From positions 140,928,001 to 140,992,000 of the forward strand of contig CM059432.1 in NCBI GenBank assembly GCA_030390025.1: DNA of 64,000 nucleotides, written 5' to 3'. The notes beneath the pieces are model-generated. The model made no database searches and had not been told where the DNA came from. It was given only the letters and a program-made list of their open reading frames with translations. This document shows positions 38,725 through 51,891 of the stretch, one piece after another. A program made the position numbers and the translations under genes. The number at the start of each line of letters is the position of its first letter. The first letter of the stretch is position 1. Source of the DNA: Squalus acanthias. Lineage: Eukaryota.

Positions 38725-40600
38725 GAATTACATCGGATAAACGGCACAGAAAGAGGCCATTGGGCCAACCAGTCCATGCCGGCGTTTATGCTCCACTCGA
38801 GCTTCCTCCCGTCTTTCCTCATCTAAATCTATCAGCATAACCCTCTATTCCTTTCTCCCTCATATGCTTGTCTAGCCTCCCCTGAAATGCATCTATACTA
38901 TTCACTTCAACCACTCCCTGTGGTAGCGAGTTCCACATTCTCACCACTCCCTGGGTAAAGAGGTTTCTTCTGAATTCCCTATTTGATTTCTTGTTGACTA
39001 TCTTATATTGATGACCTTTAGTTATGCTCTTCCCCACAAGTGGAAACATTCTCTCTGTATCCACTCTGTCAAATCCTTTCATAATTTTAAAGACCTCTAT
39101 TAAGTCACCCCTCAAAAGTGAGAAGTCGCACAACACCAGGTTATAGTCCAACAGCTTTATTTGAAATCACAAGCTTTCGGAGCTGCTGCTCCTTCGTCAA
39201 GAGAAAAGAGGCCCAGCCTGTTCATCCTTTCCTGATATATATACCCTCGCATTTCTGGCATCATCCTTGTAAATCTTCTCTGCACCCTCTCCAGTGCCTC
39301 TATATCCTTTTTATAATATTGTGACCAGAACTGTACGCAGTACTCTTAAGTGCGGTCTAACCAAGGTTCGATACAAGTTTAGCATAACTTCCCTACTTTT
39401 CAATTCTATCGCTCTAGAAATAAACCCGAGTGCTTGGTTTGCTTTTTTTATGGCCTTGCTAACCTGTGTCGCAACTTTTAGTGATTTGTGTATTTGTACT
39501 CCGAGATCCCTTTGTTCCTCTACCCCACCTAGACTTTGTTTTTTATTTGTTTATGGGATGTGGGTGTCGCTGGCAAGGCCAGCATTTATTGCCCATCCCT
39601 AATTGCCCTTGAGAAGGTGGTGGTGAGCCGCCTTTTTGAACCGCTGCAGTCTGTGTGGTGAAGGTACTCCCACAGTGCTGTTAGGTAGGGAGTTCCAGGA
39701 TTTTCACCCAGCGACGATGAAGGATCGACGATATACTTCTAAGTCAGGATGTTGTGTGACTTGGAGGGGAACTTGGAGGTGGTGGTGTTCCCATGCACCT
39801 GTTGCCCTTGTCCTTCTAGGTGGTAGAGGTAGCGGGTTTGGGAGGTGCTGCCGAAGAAGCCTTGGCGAGTTGCTGCAGTGCATCTTGTAGATGGTACACA
39901 CTGCAGCCACAGTACGCCGGTGGTGGAGGGAGTGAATGTTTAAGGTGGTGGATGGGGTGCCAATCAAGCGAGCTGCTTTGTCCTGGATGGTGTCGAGCTT
40001 CTTGAGTGTTGTTGGAGCTGCACTCATCCAGGCAAGTGGGAGTATTCCATCACACTCCTTACTTGTGCCTTGTAGATGGTGGAAAGGCTTTGGGGAGTCA
40101 GGAGGTGAGACACTCGCTGCAGAATACCCAGCCTCTGACCTGCTCTTGTTGCCACAGTATTTATGTGGCTGGTCCAGTTAAGTTTCTGGTCACCCTCCTC
40201 GTGATAAATTACTTCCCTATTCTTCCTACCAAAATGTAATACCTCACATTTATCTGTGTTGATTTTCATTTGCCAATTATATGCTCATTCTGCAAGTTTA
40301 TTCATGTCCTCCTGTAATTTGTTGCAGTCCTCCTCAGTATTGACTTTCCCCCCCAATTTGGTGTCATCCGCAAACTTAGAAATTGTGTTTTTGATTCCAA
40401 AGTCTAAATCATTAATGTAAATTGTGAACAGCAGTGGTCCCAGCACTGATCCTTGTGGAACACCACCACCCATCTTCTCCCACTGTGAATAGCTACCCTT
40501 TACTCCTACTCTCTGCCTTCTGTCCTGAAGCCAGCCAGCAATCCATTCTGCTACTTGTCCCCTGACTCTGCATTCTCTGACCTTGTTCATCAGTCTATTG
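38725..40600 (-). mobile_element. CR1 LINE interrupted by a Penelope-like arm (39114-39199) and a second LINE (39545-40189)
   Basis: [21 protein letters not shown]...KFADDTK at 40285-40632 and CR1 C-terminal motifs at 38819-39110. Confidence 0.85.
39114..39199 (-). mobile_element. Single arm of Penelope-like family A, truncated within the hammerhead core
   Basis: Near-identical to the left arm of the 35.3-kb copy; stops at tcgtca. Confidence 0.8.
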
Positions 40601-40808
40601 TGAAGCTTGCCCTGAGTTGCTAAAATCCACATTTTGATTCATTCTTCCTGCAAATCTAACCATACTATTAAAGTTTTTGTGAGTAACAACGTATGATTGA
40701 AGGGAGTGTACGATTATAGAGGTTTATGTAGAGTGCCTCCAGCACATTGCTGATTGGTCCATGGTAACAGCATATTGGTAGGTGTCAGCCGTGGCTCAGT
40801 GGGTAGCA

Positions 40809-42838
40809 GTTTCTTGGTGGGAGGGGCTAGGAGTGAGCAGGTGCTGCTGGGTGCTTGATTACTGCAGGGAGTTGGAGTGAGTTTGTAAAAAGTTGGTGGT
40901 GGGGTTTTTTTCTTCAGATGTTAGGGCCTTTTTGTTTCTTAAACAGCAGCCAGATGGCTGCTGAGGGGCCCGGAGTGCCAGGCCCCTCAGAGAATAATAT
41001 TCCCAGGATGAATTTAATCAAGGGAGCAAATGTTGGGGGAAGGGAGAAAAAATGGCCCAATGATTTGGGCCGGGACCCCAGGAGGTTTGGAAAAGAAAAC
41101 ATGGTGGTGGTTCAGTGCGAGGATAAGGAGATACGAGCTTGGGATATTATCCAGGAGGTACATGAGGACTGCGGCGAGGGAAGCTGCTTTGCCTGCCGAC
41201 CAAAGCCGAATGTTGGGTTTGAGGTGACGGTCAGTAGCTGAGAGGAGGTGGAAAGACTTTTACTGAGTTTGAAGGTTAGAGATAAGTTCTTGGAGCTATT
41301 TCTGCTATATTCTGAACAGGTGGTGGACTCATTCTTATATTGAGGACGATGTGCTAATAAAAAAGTTGGAGTCGTGGGACATTAAAATTTGCTCGGCAAT
41401 AAAGAGGAGATACTATCCAGGAACGTGGGTAACAGATGGAACCCGTTATGTAAAGGTGCGGTTCCCAGAGGGGGTGAAGTTATTGCCGTTTTTCATGAAA
41501 TTCGAGACAATGGAAGGGGTGCAGTACTTCTGGGTACGGCATGATAACCAGGTGAAGGTTTGTTGTTATTGTCTTGGACACGACCATCTTGTAAGAAACT
41601 GTCCAGATTTGTACTGTTATAACTGCGGTGAGTCTGGACACATCGCTTGGAGCTGCAAGGCGGAGAGCTGTGGGGTGTGTCACAAAGGCCCCACCCGCTG
41701 TGAGTGTGCGGCAGAAGGAAGCCCCTTGAGTGACGAGGAGATGGGAGAAGGAGCAGGAGGTGTGAGTGGAGCGGCTGGAGGAGCAGAGCAGACGGAGGAC
41801 ACAGCTGGTGAATGGAAGGAGAAAAGAGCGCAGACAAAGGCAGAAAATTGCAGAGCAGAGAACAGGATGGAGATGGTGGAAAACACACCAAGTACGGTGG
41901 AAAAGGACAAAGACAGCAGCGGGCAGCACGGGTCGAGGGCAGAGTCGAGTCATAATACGGCTCGGCTCTCCCTAAAGAATCTGGTATCCGCGGGGGGAGA
42001 GGAGGTGGGAGCGGGGTGCGGGGTAAGTGTAAGTACTTCAAAGAAAGACGGGGGAGTCGGACATCTCGGGGAGCAGGAAGGGACAAGACAAGGAGAGGGT
42101 GCAAGAGGCAGGAGCCTTAAAGGGGCAGCAGGACGGGAGCGGGGAGACAAAGACGCCAGAAGGGAGCAAGATAGGTGCAGATGCGCCATTGTCCCAGAGA
42201 GAGAAGGAATGGGGAGCAAGGGTCAGCGGTGGAGATCGGGCCGAAGGGAGTGGCACTACTGGAGAAACCGTGATAGCAGGAAGACTCGCTAAGGGAGATT
42301 ATGTATCTGACGGGGAGCAGGGATGGAAGGTTACAGAAGAGCTCGAGAGTGAGGAGTCAGAGGGGGACAGAGACATGGAAGTGGGGGGTGGGGTGGCATC
42401 GTGTGGATAGGGAAAGGTTAGTGAGGGGCAGAAGGAGGGAGAAGGGGCAGCTCCTCGGCCCAAACCTAATGTAAGGAAAAGGCTGAAACTGCAGGGAAGG
42501 TTCAAACAAGAGGTGAAAAAGAGCCGGAGGCTGCAGGAGAAAGCAACAGCTGCCCGAAAAGTTGGGAAGGAGCATGAGAGGAGGGAAGGGCCGGAGATTA
42601 AATGATGGGGGGATTATCAGGCACACTTCCCTTATTCGGAGCCATGATTACTGATCAATTTTTAAAGTACAATAGATTAGTATATGTTACGGGAGACAAA
42701 TTAAACTTCAGGTTTTGATGTTAATGTGTGGTGGAGGAATGGCTGTGCAGAGCGGCGGAATGGATTTGTATGATACAATGGAATGATCACAATGTTGTAA
42801 ATGTTTTTAATGTTCAATAAATAATATATATAAAAAAA
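40809..42838 (+). mobile_element. Tx1/L1-clade non-LTR element with ORF1 only (ORF2 deleted), A-tailed
   Basis: 11-bp TSD agtgggtagca (40798-40808, 42839-42849); AATAAA at 42816 followed by an A-rich tail. Disrupted ORF1 from ATG 40954 contains IKRRYYPGTWVTDGTRYVKVRF and two CX2CX4HX4C zinc knuckles. Confidence 0.85.
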
Positions 42839-45167
42839 AGTGGGTAGCACTCTCGCCTCTGAGTCAGAAGGTCGTGGGTTCAATCCCCCCCTCCAGAGAC
42901 TTGAGCATAAAAATCTCGGCTGACACTCCCAGTGCAGTGCTGAGGGAGTGCTGCACTGTCAGAGGTGCCGTCTTTCGGATGAGACGTAAAACTGAGGCCC
43001 CATCTGCTCTCAGGTGGACGCAAAAGATCCCGTGGCACTATTTCGAAGAAGAGCAGGGGAGTTCGCCCCAGCATCCTGCCCAACATTTATCCTTCAACCA
43101 ATTGCACAAAAAAAATTATCCGGTCGTGATCACGTTGCTGTTTGTGGGAGCTGGCTGTGTGCAAATTGTCCGTCATGTTTCCTACATTACAACAGTGACT
43201 TCTCTTCAAAAGTACTTCATTGGCTGTAACTTGCTTTGGGACATCCTGAGGGCATGAAAGGCATCTGATTTCCATCGCCCCACCATTGGCGGCCGTGCCT
43301 TCAGCTGCCTGGGCCCTAAGCTCTGGAATTCCCTCCCTAAACCTCTCCGCCTCTCTCTCCTTTAAGACACACCTTAAAACTTTGAACAAGCCTATTTGGT
43401 CACCTGTCCTAATGTTTCCTTATGTGGCTCAGTGTCAAATTTTGTCTGATTACAGTTTTGGCGAAGCACCTCGCGACGTTTTACTACGTTAAAGGTGCAG
43501 CACTGCATAAATGCAAGTTGTTGTTGAGTGCATTGCTCTGTTTAGACAATAGTGACAATCACTCAGTAACTCTTACCCTGCACAGGGAATAGACTTTGGC
43601 GTACACACGTTACCTCTGATTTTAAGTTCCTAAGGATGTTAACCTGTTGCTCTTTTGAAATGTTACATAGAATTACATCGGATTTACAGCACAGAAACAG
43701 GCCATTCGGCCCAACTGGTCCATGCCGGTGTTTATGCTCCACACGAGCCTCCTCCCACCCCTCTTCATCCCACCCTATCAGCATATCCTTCGATTCCTTT
43801 CTCCCGCATGTACTTATCTAGTTTCCCCTTAAAGGCATCTACGCTATTCGCTTCAACCACTCCCTGTGGTAGCGAGTTCCACATTCTCACCACTCTCTGG
43901 GTAAAAAAGTTTCTCCTGAATTCCCGATTGGATTTATCAGTGACTACTAGCTTATATTGATGGCCCCTACTTTGCTTTAATTTGGAGGGTCATTGCGGGA
44001 TTATTTATTGTACTTTCTAATTTGTGTCAAAACAAAAGCGAAAGGAAAGTCGCAGCAATTAGCCACAAGGGATTGACAGGAAAGAGCACACGTAGGCAGT
44101 TTGCAGTAATACCTTGTAGGGCACTGACCACCCGGAAGGGATAAAGAGGAATTAACTTACCGCTGTTTTTGGAGGGACTGCTACCATTTATCAAAAGGGG
44201 GATAATTAGATTCCATTGAAATCTGGGCTACAACAGCAGAAGCACATCTTTACTTTTAAACCTGGAATCTGCCTGAATGGCTTCTTATTCAAAGACAGAA
44301 CAGAAAGCAGTTTTTTCTTCACCGGTTTGATAAATATGCGATTATTGTTGTCCTTGTTCTTTGGCTCAGTGTTTACTGGCCGATGCTTAAAAGCTCTCTT
44401 TCATGACTGCACAATGAACTTATCTCAGTCCTCTTGGGGCAAGTGAATTGATTCTGCCGATAGTGGTTCAGAGGACAGTCTCCTTGAGCAATAATTAAGT
44501 GTTCTTATTGGTTCCTCGGACAATTAGTTGCCAGAGAAAGCCAGCAACAGTGTGCAAAGAACTTCTGGTTGGTTAACCACCCCTACTGTAGCTTTAGCTA
44601 AAACCTTGAGTCCCACCGGTAGTTCTGCTTTCGAACATATTGCACCACATGGGTGAAATGATTCTCATTCTCAGATGTCCAGTGGAAATAATGAAATGCA
44701 GAACATACATAAAGCTGCATTTATGGGGGAGGAGGAGAATTCTTTTAACGCAGCGAGTTATGATGATCTGGAACGCGCTGCCTGAAAGGGTGGTAGAAGC
44801 AGATTCAACAGTAACTTTCAAAAGGGAAGTAGATACATACTTGAAAAGGAGAAATTTGCAGGGCTATGGGTAAAGAGCAGGGGGGGGCAGTGAGACTAAT
44901 TGGATCGCTCTTTCAAAGAGCCGGCACAGGCACAATGGGCCGAATGGCCTCCTTCTGTGCTGCATCATTCTATGATGTCCCTTTTTGTTTGAATAAAGCT
45001 TCACAAACCAAAAATTATTTATAGGATAGAGTTATGTAATTAACAAATGGTAACCTTTCCTATATTCCAGGCAATTAGCTTAAAACACCAACAACAGTAC
45101 AAATGTGGCATCTAATAATACCAATATAGTTATAGTTTCCTCCCTTTCAAAAAAAAAGAGAAAAGTT

Positions 45168-45606
45168 GGCCCTGAAATTGCAGGACTCTGCTTGTGGTGT
45201 GAAGTCTCGCCTGTCGAGGGAAGGGGCGCACAGATCGGAGGTTTGTGGTGTGAAGTCTCGCCTGTCGAGGGAAGGGGCGCACAGATCGGAGGTTTGTGGT
45301 GTGAAGTCTCGCCTGTCGAGGGAAGGGGCGCACAGATCGGAGGTTTGTGGTGTGAAGTCTCGCCTGTCGAGGGAAGGGGCGCACAGATCGGAGGTTTGTG
45401 GTGTGAAGTCTCGCCTGTCGAGGGAAGGGGTGCACAGATCGGAGGTTTTAACGTAGAGTTCGGCAAGCACTATTTCCGATTTCCTACATATTGGTTTCAG
45501 CAGGCACAAAATCAGGAATGTTACAAATCGGATGCGCCGATACTCCGATCTTATCTCCTGTCGGGCAAGACTCTGCCCCGGGAGTGGAATCATCAATTTC
45601 CAGGCG
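45168..45606. mobile_element. Harbinger-like MITE hosting a minisatellite
   Basis: Ends ggccctgaaattg / caatttccaggcg resemble the H1 TIRs. Confidence 0.5.
45192..45446. repeat. 51-bp minisatellite, 5 copies
   Basis: Unit ttgtggtgtgaagtctcgcctgtcgagggaaggggcgcacagatcggaggt; four identical copies and one with a single C>T. Confidence 0.95.
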
Positions 45607-47751
45607 TAACAATTTTTTTCCTAGGCTATTTGTTTATTTTTAGCTTACATTTTTCTTTAAGTCGTCGCTTTTAAAGAGTCCTCCAGTAATTATTCATCGA
45701 TCGTAAGCCATATCCTCTGAGGTGTGGCCCTTTAATTGAATGGAGCCTTGGTCAGACCATCGCACGATGATCACTCTGAGATAATGACGGCTCCTGACTC
45801 TGAGGTTTCTTAATTTCAAGGCTAGGAGGAGTGGTTCCTCGCTCTGCGATTCCTGTTAAGCATTAGAAATACCACATGAAGAGATGCACCCTTTGATTTC
45901 AGTGTTCTTGCCAGCCCGGTTATATTATGGCTCCAAATATCTGCAAGCCTGTCCAAGTATCTGGAGTTGGCTGGTGGTCATCGCATTTCCATCCAAATGG
46001 TGGGCATCCACACCACTGTGGACCCCTGCCAGAGGGTCAAGAATGGGGAAGGCGGTGCTGTTCAGTCGCTACGGCTTCAGACAGCACCCCCAGATTTAAT
46101 GGACTCCCAATCGTGCCCCCCCTGCCCCCCACCCTCGCCATTATCAGAGACCACAGGTTAGAAATAAGATACGAATTACATTGTGAACAGGAGACTTCCA
46201 CATCTCTCTCTACGTGTTTGTGTGCACGTATTGGAGAGTAGACGGAATAATTGAAATTCAGCTCAAGAGTCGTAAAGTTGGATAGAAGTCAATGTGAGCT
46301 GATGCTGGTTGGAAGATACGGATTTGTTTTTGTCTAGTTGGTTGAGCCACTCGCCTATGAATATGAGCAAAATTAAAATCGGAGTAAACTGTGTCCTTTT
46401 TCAGCATGATGCCAAATCATTGATCTGCAAGTTGTTTAACTTGCGTTTAAAATTTTGGTAGGGAGGAGCTTGGAAAATTTTGGGACAACATTTTGAAGTG
46501 TAGTACTGAGGGAGTGTCGCACTGTCGCAGGTGCGTCTTTCGGATGAAACCATAAACCGAGGCCCCCGTCTGCCCTCTCAGGTGGACATAAACGATCCCA
46601 TAGCACTACTTTGAAGAAGAGCAGGGGAAGTTACTTCATTGCTGTTTGTGGGATTTTGCTGTGCGTGAATTGGCTGCCGCATTTCCTACATTACAACAGT
46701 GACTACACTTCCAAAAAAGTATTTCATTGGCTGTAAAACACTTTGGGACGTCCTGAGGTTGTGAAAGGCGCAATAGAAAGGCAAGATTATTTCTTTTAAA
46801 CAATATCCCCCAGCGCAGGCAGAGATGGCTTTTAAATATCTCTGCTCAAGCAATGCTGTCTCCAGGGCTGCTGAAGAATGATTTCGTCAGTTGGGTTAGT
46901 GGGGCAGCATTCCAGAGGCAGCAAGCTGGCACCTTGGAGCCCGGCCACTGGAATTGGGCTATTGTCCGTGGCAGCACCAGAAGTAAATGGACCACCTGCA
47001 AATTCACACCTAGATTGTGCAGCTCCTGTGCACGCCTTGCAACTTTCGTGATTTGAGTCGGTGCAGAAAAAAATGAGGTGACAAAAATAAGTTATCGCTC
47101 TCTGGTTCCTGTAAGTGGACCCATTATTTAACATGCATCCAGGTTTGATAAAAGCCTGGGGTGAGTCCCAGCCCCTACAACCCTCCGAGATCTCTGCGCT
47201 CCTCCAGTTCTGGCCTCTTGCGTATCCCCGATTTCCTTCGCCCCTCCATTGGCGGCCGTGCCTTCAGCTGCCGAGGCCCTAAGCTCTGGCGTTCCCGCCC
47301 TAATACTCTTCGCCTCTCTCTCTCCTCCTTTAAGACGCTCCTTCAAGTTAGTTCTGCAAAATGGTGACAGCAGATAAAATCCTCAGCGTTTTCACACGGT
47401 CGGTCTTTGATCTGCTAAAATGCTTTTGTTGCTTATTTTTGATGATGAAAGTGGATTTTAGCCAAGCAGGGAAAGCATCATGAAGACGGACCTCCATCTG
47501 TACAACATACTCGCCTCTCCCGCCGCCTTCCAGCCGTACCTTAAAATCTACCTCTTTGACCAGGCTTTTGGTCACCTGTCCTAATATCTCCTTAAGTGGC
47601 TCGGTGTCAAAGTTTGTTTGATAATCGCTCCAGTGCAGCGCCTTGGGACGTTTTACTGTGTTGAAGGCGCTATATAAATGCAAGTTGTTGTTATTTGAGT
47701 GAAGTTGGGATCGGTAACTCCTTAACGCTCTCCACTTCCCTCTTGATGCAG

Positions 47752-47894
47752 ACAATGGGAGAGAATGAAAGGAAGCCATGGAAGCCTGTCCTGGTGGTAC
47801 TCACTGAAAAGGACATGCTGATGTATCCCAGCATGCCTCGCATGAAAGAATCATGGTTCAGTCCAGCTCACACCTACCCACTGCTCGCTACCAG
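47752..47894 (+). CDS. SNTB1: Beta-1-syntrophin coding exon (exon 4): PH2
   Basis: tgcag acceptor and gtaagg donor; 143 nt, phase 0 to 2. Encodes TMGENERKPWKPVLVVLTEKDMLMYPSMPRMKESWFSPAHTYPLLAT(R). Confidence 0.95.
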
Positions 47895-50800
47895 GTAAGG
47901 AGAGGGTATAAACTTTAAAAAAAATATATAAACGGTTTCTTCAGTTCACCGACAGAAACTTTTCAAGAAAGGGATTTTCTCAGCTTATCATTATTGACTC
48001 TAATTAAACAGGAACTGTAGGATTTTGAAAAGTGTTTCTAATATTCTTTGCATCTAGTCATTTGCACCTTATTCGCCTCACGCCATCCACGATTAGCCGT
48101 CTCTATTGCAGCTGCAGCACTTGTGTATTTACTGGCTCGCATCCCCTGAAGAAAGGGGTGTGGAATGATTGAATTCAACCCGAGATCAAAGTGGATCTGA
48201 AGTTCGCATTGCATCCTGTAATTCATCACTCTGCTAGAAATAGCTCCAGTGAATTCCATGTATCCTTGTTAATGTAACCCTGACCCCCCCAATGGCATCC
48301 GAATTCAGCCTGCAATCCAGTACCGAAGTGGGATTGTCTTGTCCTGGGTTACTCCGGGATAGTCTCTCGATAGCCACCGCGGTGCACACCACGGCTGCAA
48401 AGTGTCGTTCCCACAGGATGATCTTCCAATGATACAAATTTGAATATTCCCATCCTCCTGTTTAAATCCCTCTATGGCCTCGCCCCCTCCTTCTCTCCGT
48501 AACCTCCTCCAGCCCGACAACACCCCTCCGAACTCTCCACTCCTCTGACTCTTGCGCATCCCTCCTTCCCTTCGCCCCACCATTGGCGGCCGTGCCTTCA
48601 GCTGCCTGGTCCCTAAGCTCTGGAATTCCCTCCCTAAAACTCTTCACTTCCCTCTCCTCCTTCAAGACCTTCCTTAAAACCCACCTCTGTAACAAGCTTT
48701 GGGGTCCTAATAGCTCCTTCTTTGACTTGGAATGTTTTTTTTATTACGCCTCTGTGAAGCGCTTTGAGACATTTTTACAACGGTAAAGATGCTAATTTAA
48801 GTGCAAATTGTTGTTGTATTAGTTCAATGGGTTAACATTTTAAGCAGGCGGATACGCCACCTAGTGGTTGGGTGAGTAAATGGAATGATTCAGCCCTGTA
48901 TTGGAGATTTGAGGATTAACAAGTACTGGCAACTTAAAGGGGCCAAAAATCGTTGGGCCTGCTCAATGCGACCTTGGGTCTTAGCTGTGGCTCAGTGAGT
49001 AGCACTCTCGCCTCTGAGTCAGAAGGTCGTGGGTTCTTTTTTTCTTTCTCACATAAATTTCTTGATTTACTGCCTCAATTACACTTACTAAATTCAGTCC
49101 GACATCTCCCTCACCTCTGGGAATCACACCCATTCACTCCTTGTCCTTTGATCCATGAACAACACCACAGGAGATTACATAGATTTACGTAGAATTTTAC
49201 AGCACAGAAACAGGCCATTCGGCCCAACTGGTCCATGACGGTGTTTATGCTCCACACAGACCTCCTCCCACCCTATTTCATCTCATTGTATCAACATATC
49301 CTTCTATTCCTTTCTCCATCATGTGCTTATCCAGCTTCCCCTTAAATCCATCTGTGCTATTCACCTCAACCACTCCCTGTGGGAGCGAGCTCCACATTCT
49401 CACCACTCTCTCTGGGTAAAGAAGTTTCTCCTGAATTCCCTACTGGATTTATTAGTGACTGTCTTATGAACTGGTGATCTTAAGATAATCTTTAAGAAGT
49501 TTCTGAAGTTTTTCTGTTGCTTTCGCTTTCATTCACCGACTGTGAACTTTGCCTTAACTGGATGAATGGTCTCCTGTCGCACACAAAGAATGGCTACTTG
49601 GGAATGAGGCACCCGAGCCTCCCACCTCTGATTATACCCCCACCAGGAGCTGGCATCTTCAGGAGAAGAAAGGGAAAAGTTGGGGGGAGTGGGGGGGGGG
49701 GAAGAATAAGAGTTTAAAATCTTTGCCTAGTAATTATACTATAGCCTGGGCCAAACAAAAGCAAGGTTGACGAGGTGGTTTCAAGTCGGACACTTAAACC
49801 TGAGATGAGCATTTGAAGCTGTGTCGTCTCTCTTCTTGGTGGACTTGCATTGTTCAATCATTTCCTTTTCTGCTTTTAAGCACAAACTCAGCAGTATGGG
49901 GTTGATAAGATAGCAAGTAGCTAACACTGAGACAGGCCAACAAACCAACAACAGCTTGTATTTATACAGCGCCTTTAACGTAGTAAAACGTCCCAAGGCG
50001 CTTCACAGGAGCGATTATCAAACAAAATTTGACACCGAGCCACATAAGGAGATATTAGGACAGGTGACCAAAAGCTTGGTCAAAGAGGTAGGTTTTAAGG
50101 AGCGTCTTAAAGGAGGAGAGAGAGGTAGAGAGGCGGAGAGGTTTAGGGAGGGAATTCCAGAGCTTAGGACCTTGGCAGTTAACAGCATGGCCGCCAATGG
50201 TGGAGCGATTAAAATCGGGGATGTGCAAGAGGCCAGAATTGGAGGAGCACAGAGATCGCGTAGGGTTGTAGGAGATTACAGAGATAGGGAGAGGGTAGAG
50301 GTCATGGAGGGATGTGAAAACAAGGATGAGAATTTTTAAATTGAGGCATTGACAGACCGGGAGCCAATGTGCTGGAAACAAACTCCGAAGTAAATATTAC
50401 TCAAACAACATTGACTTTTCAGACTACCAATGTGTATCCCCTACAATATTTTGTAAAACAGCAGCAGTGGGGAACAGCTCCTTCAATCCTGAATGTTTCA
50501 AAGTGATTCTTTCAGCCTGAAGACTGAGAGTCAGGTAGGGAGTGTGCCCGACTCACTAACACCACAACAAGAACTACCATAGGGGGGATAAAAAGAAACC
50601 AGAGAGTAGTTCTTAAAGCTGTTTCCTATGTTTCAGCGGAAGGGATTTTATGATAATAATGAGTCAGCGACAGAACAACAATGGCGAGTTGTAGAGATTG
50701 GGGTCACGCCTGGGTCATGGGAGAAAATCACCTGGCAATGATCAACCTTTCATTCAGCTCTCTCAGGAAACCTTTCATCGAGGAATTAGTGCACAAAAAG

Positions 50801-51891
50801 CTAGTCTCTCGGCACGGAGAGCTGGACTTTTCATGATGAGGCCAACACTTCATTCCTTCCTTATATATTGCAATCTCCTCCCCCCCGCCCACATTCCAAT
50901 ACAAAGAAATAATTAGTGCTTTTCCATCAGGGATTCTATCATTCCATCATGGTACCCAGTGACAATTCCTTGTAATCAGCAGTGTTGAATCAAAGACCCT
51001 AAAAGATTCAAAAGTTGTTTTTTTTATCAATCCTCTCCTCCCAGTCAAACTAATATCTTGAAGCTATTGTCCCCGATTTTAACTCCAAGTCGATTCCCCG
51101 CTCAGTCCTGAGATAAAATTAGAGTTGGGTCTCAATGATGTCATTGGTTTGCAACATGCACATGTAAAGAAGGACCCTGTTGGCTCTGGGCGCGTGTCAG
51201 GTTAAAATTGCGGATGTTGTGATCGTGGCGCCTTTCCAACAGAAGAGTCAGGGTGATTTTAACTGCCCACCACCCACGTAGGGTTAAAATCGCCCCCATT
51301 GAGTCCAGAATCCCAGGGTCCTGCTCCTCTGCCTGCAGATACTGGCACCAACTATGTCCCCGAGTGTCCCAAGGATGGGATCATTCCTTGGTTTGGGGTG
51401 GGTGTATTGCGCCTGTAAGGGTGCATCAGCACTACCCAGAGCCCTGATCTGCCGACAGGAAGAGCGAGCAATACATAGCTGCTCCACTTGGGGGTGGCCC
51501 CCAGAGACCTTTCCTCAGTCAAAGAAAAAGGTAGCACCAAGAGACCTTTAGCTTCAGTGAGAGGCTTAACTCTGGCAACCATCAGGTAATTGATCCTGGA
51601 CATCTGGCCTTTTATGGGTCTTCAGAAGGACTGATGCCAGCCTGGGAACTGCCCCCTGACACGCCTCTTTGGTGCAGGGTTGGGGACGGGGACAAAGTCA
51701 ACGGCAATCCCATAACCCAGGAAAAAGACTTTAAAGACTATACTGCAAATGACGATCGGGAGTGTTAGTGTGACGAGGTTGGCCTACATTGCCATTTCAC
51801 AGCTACTCTGTGCTGGCTCAGCAGTAACAGATCCTAGACCACAGAGATAAAATATTACAGCAAATATTCACGGGAAACCATTCAAAAACAA

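Noticed and set aside
41351..42292. Host zinc-knuckle (ZCCHC-like) gene
   Set aside because: Disrupted upstream frame, TSD and A-tail identify it as a retroelement ORF1.
45192..45446. CRISPR-like array or repeat protein ORFs
   Set aside because: Contiguous identical units with no unique spacers, no cas genes, vertebrate intron context.
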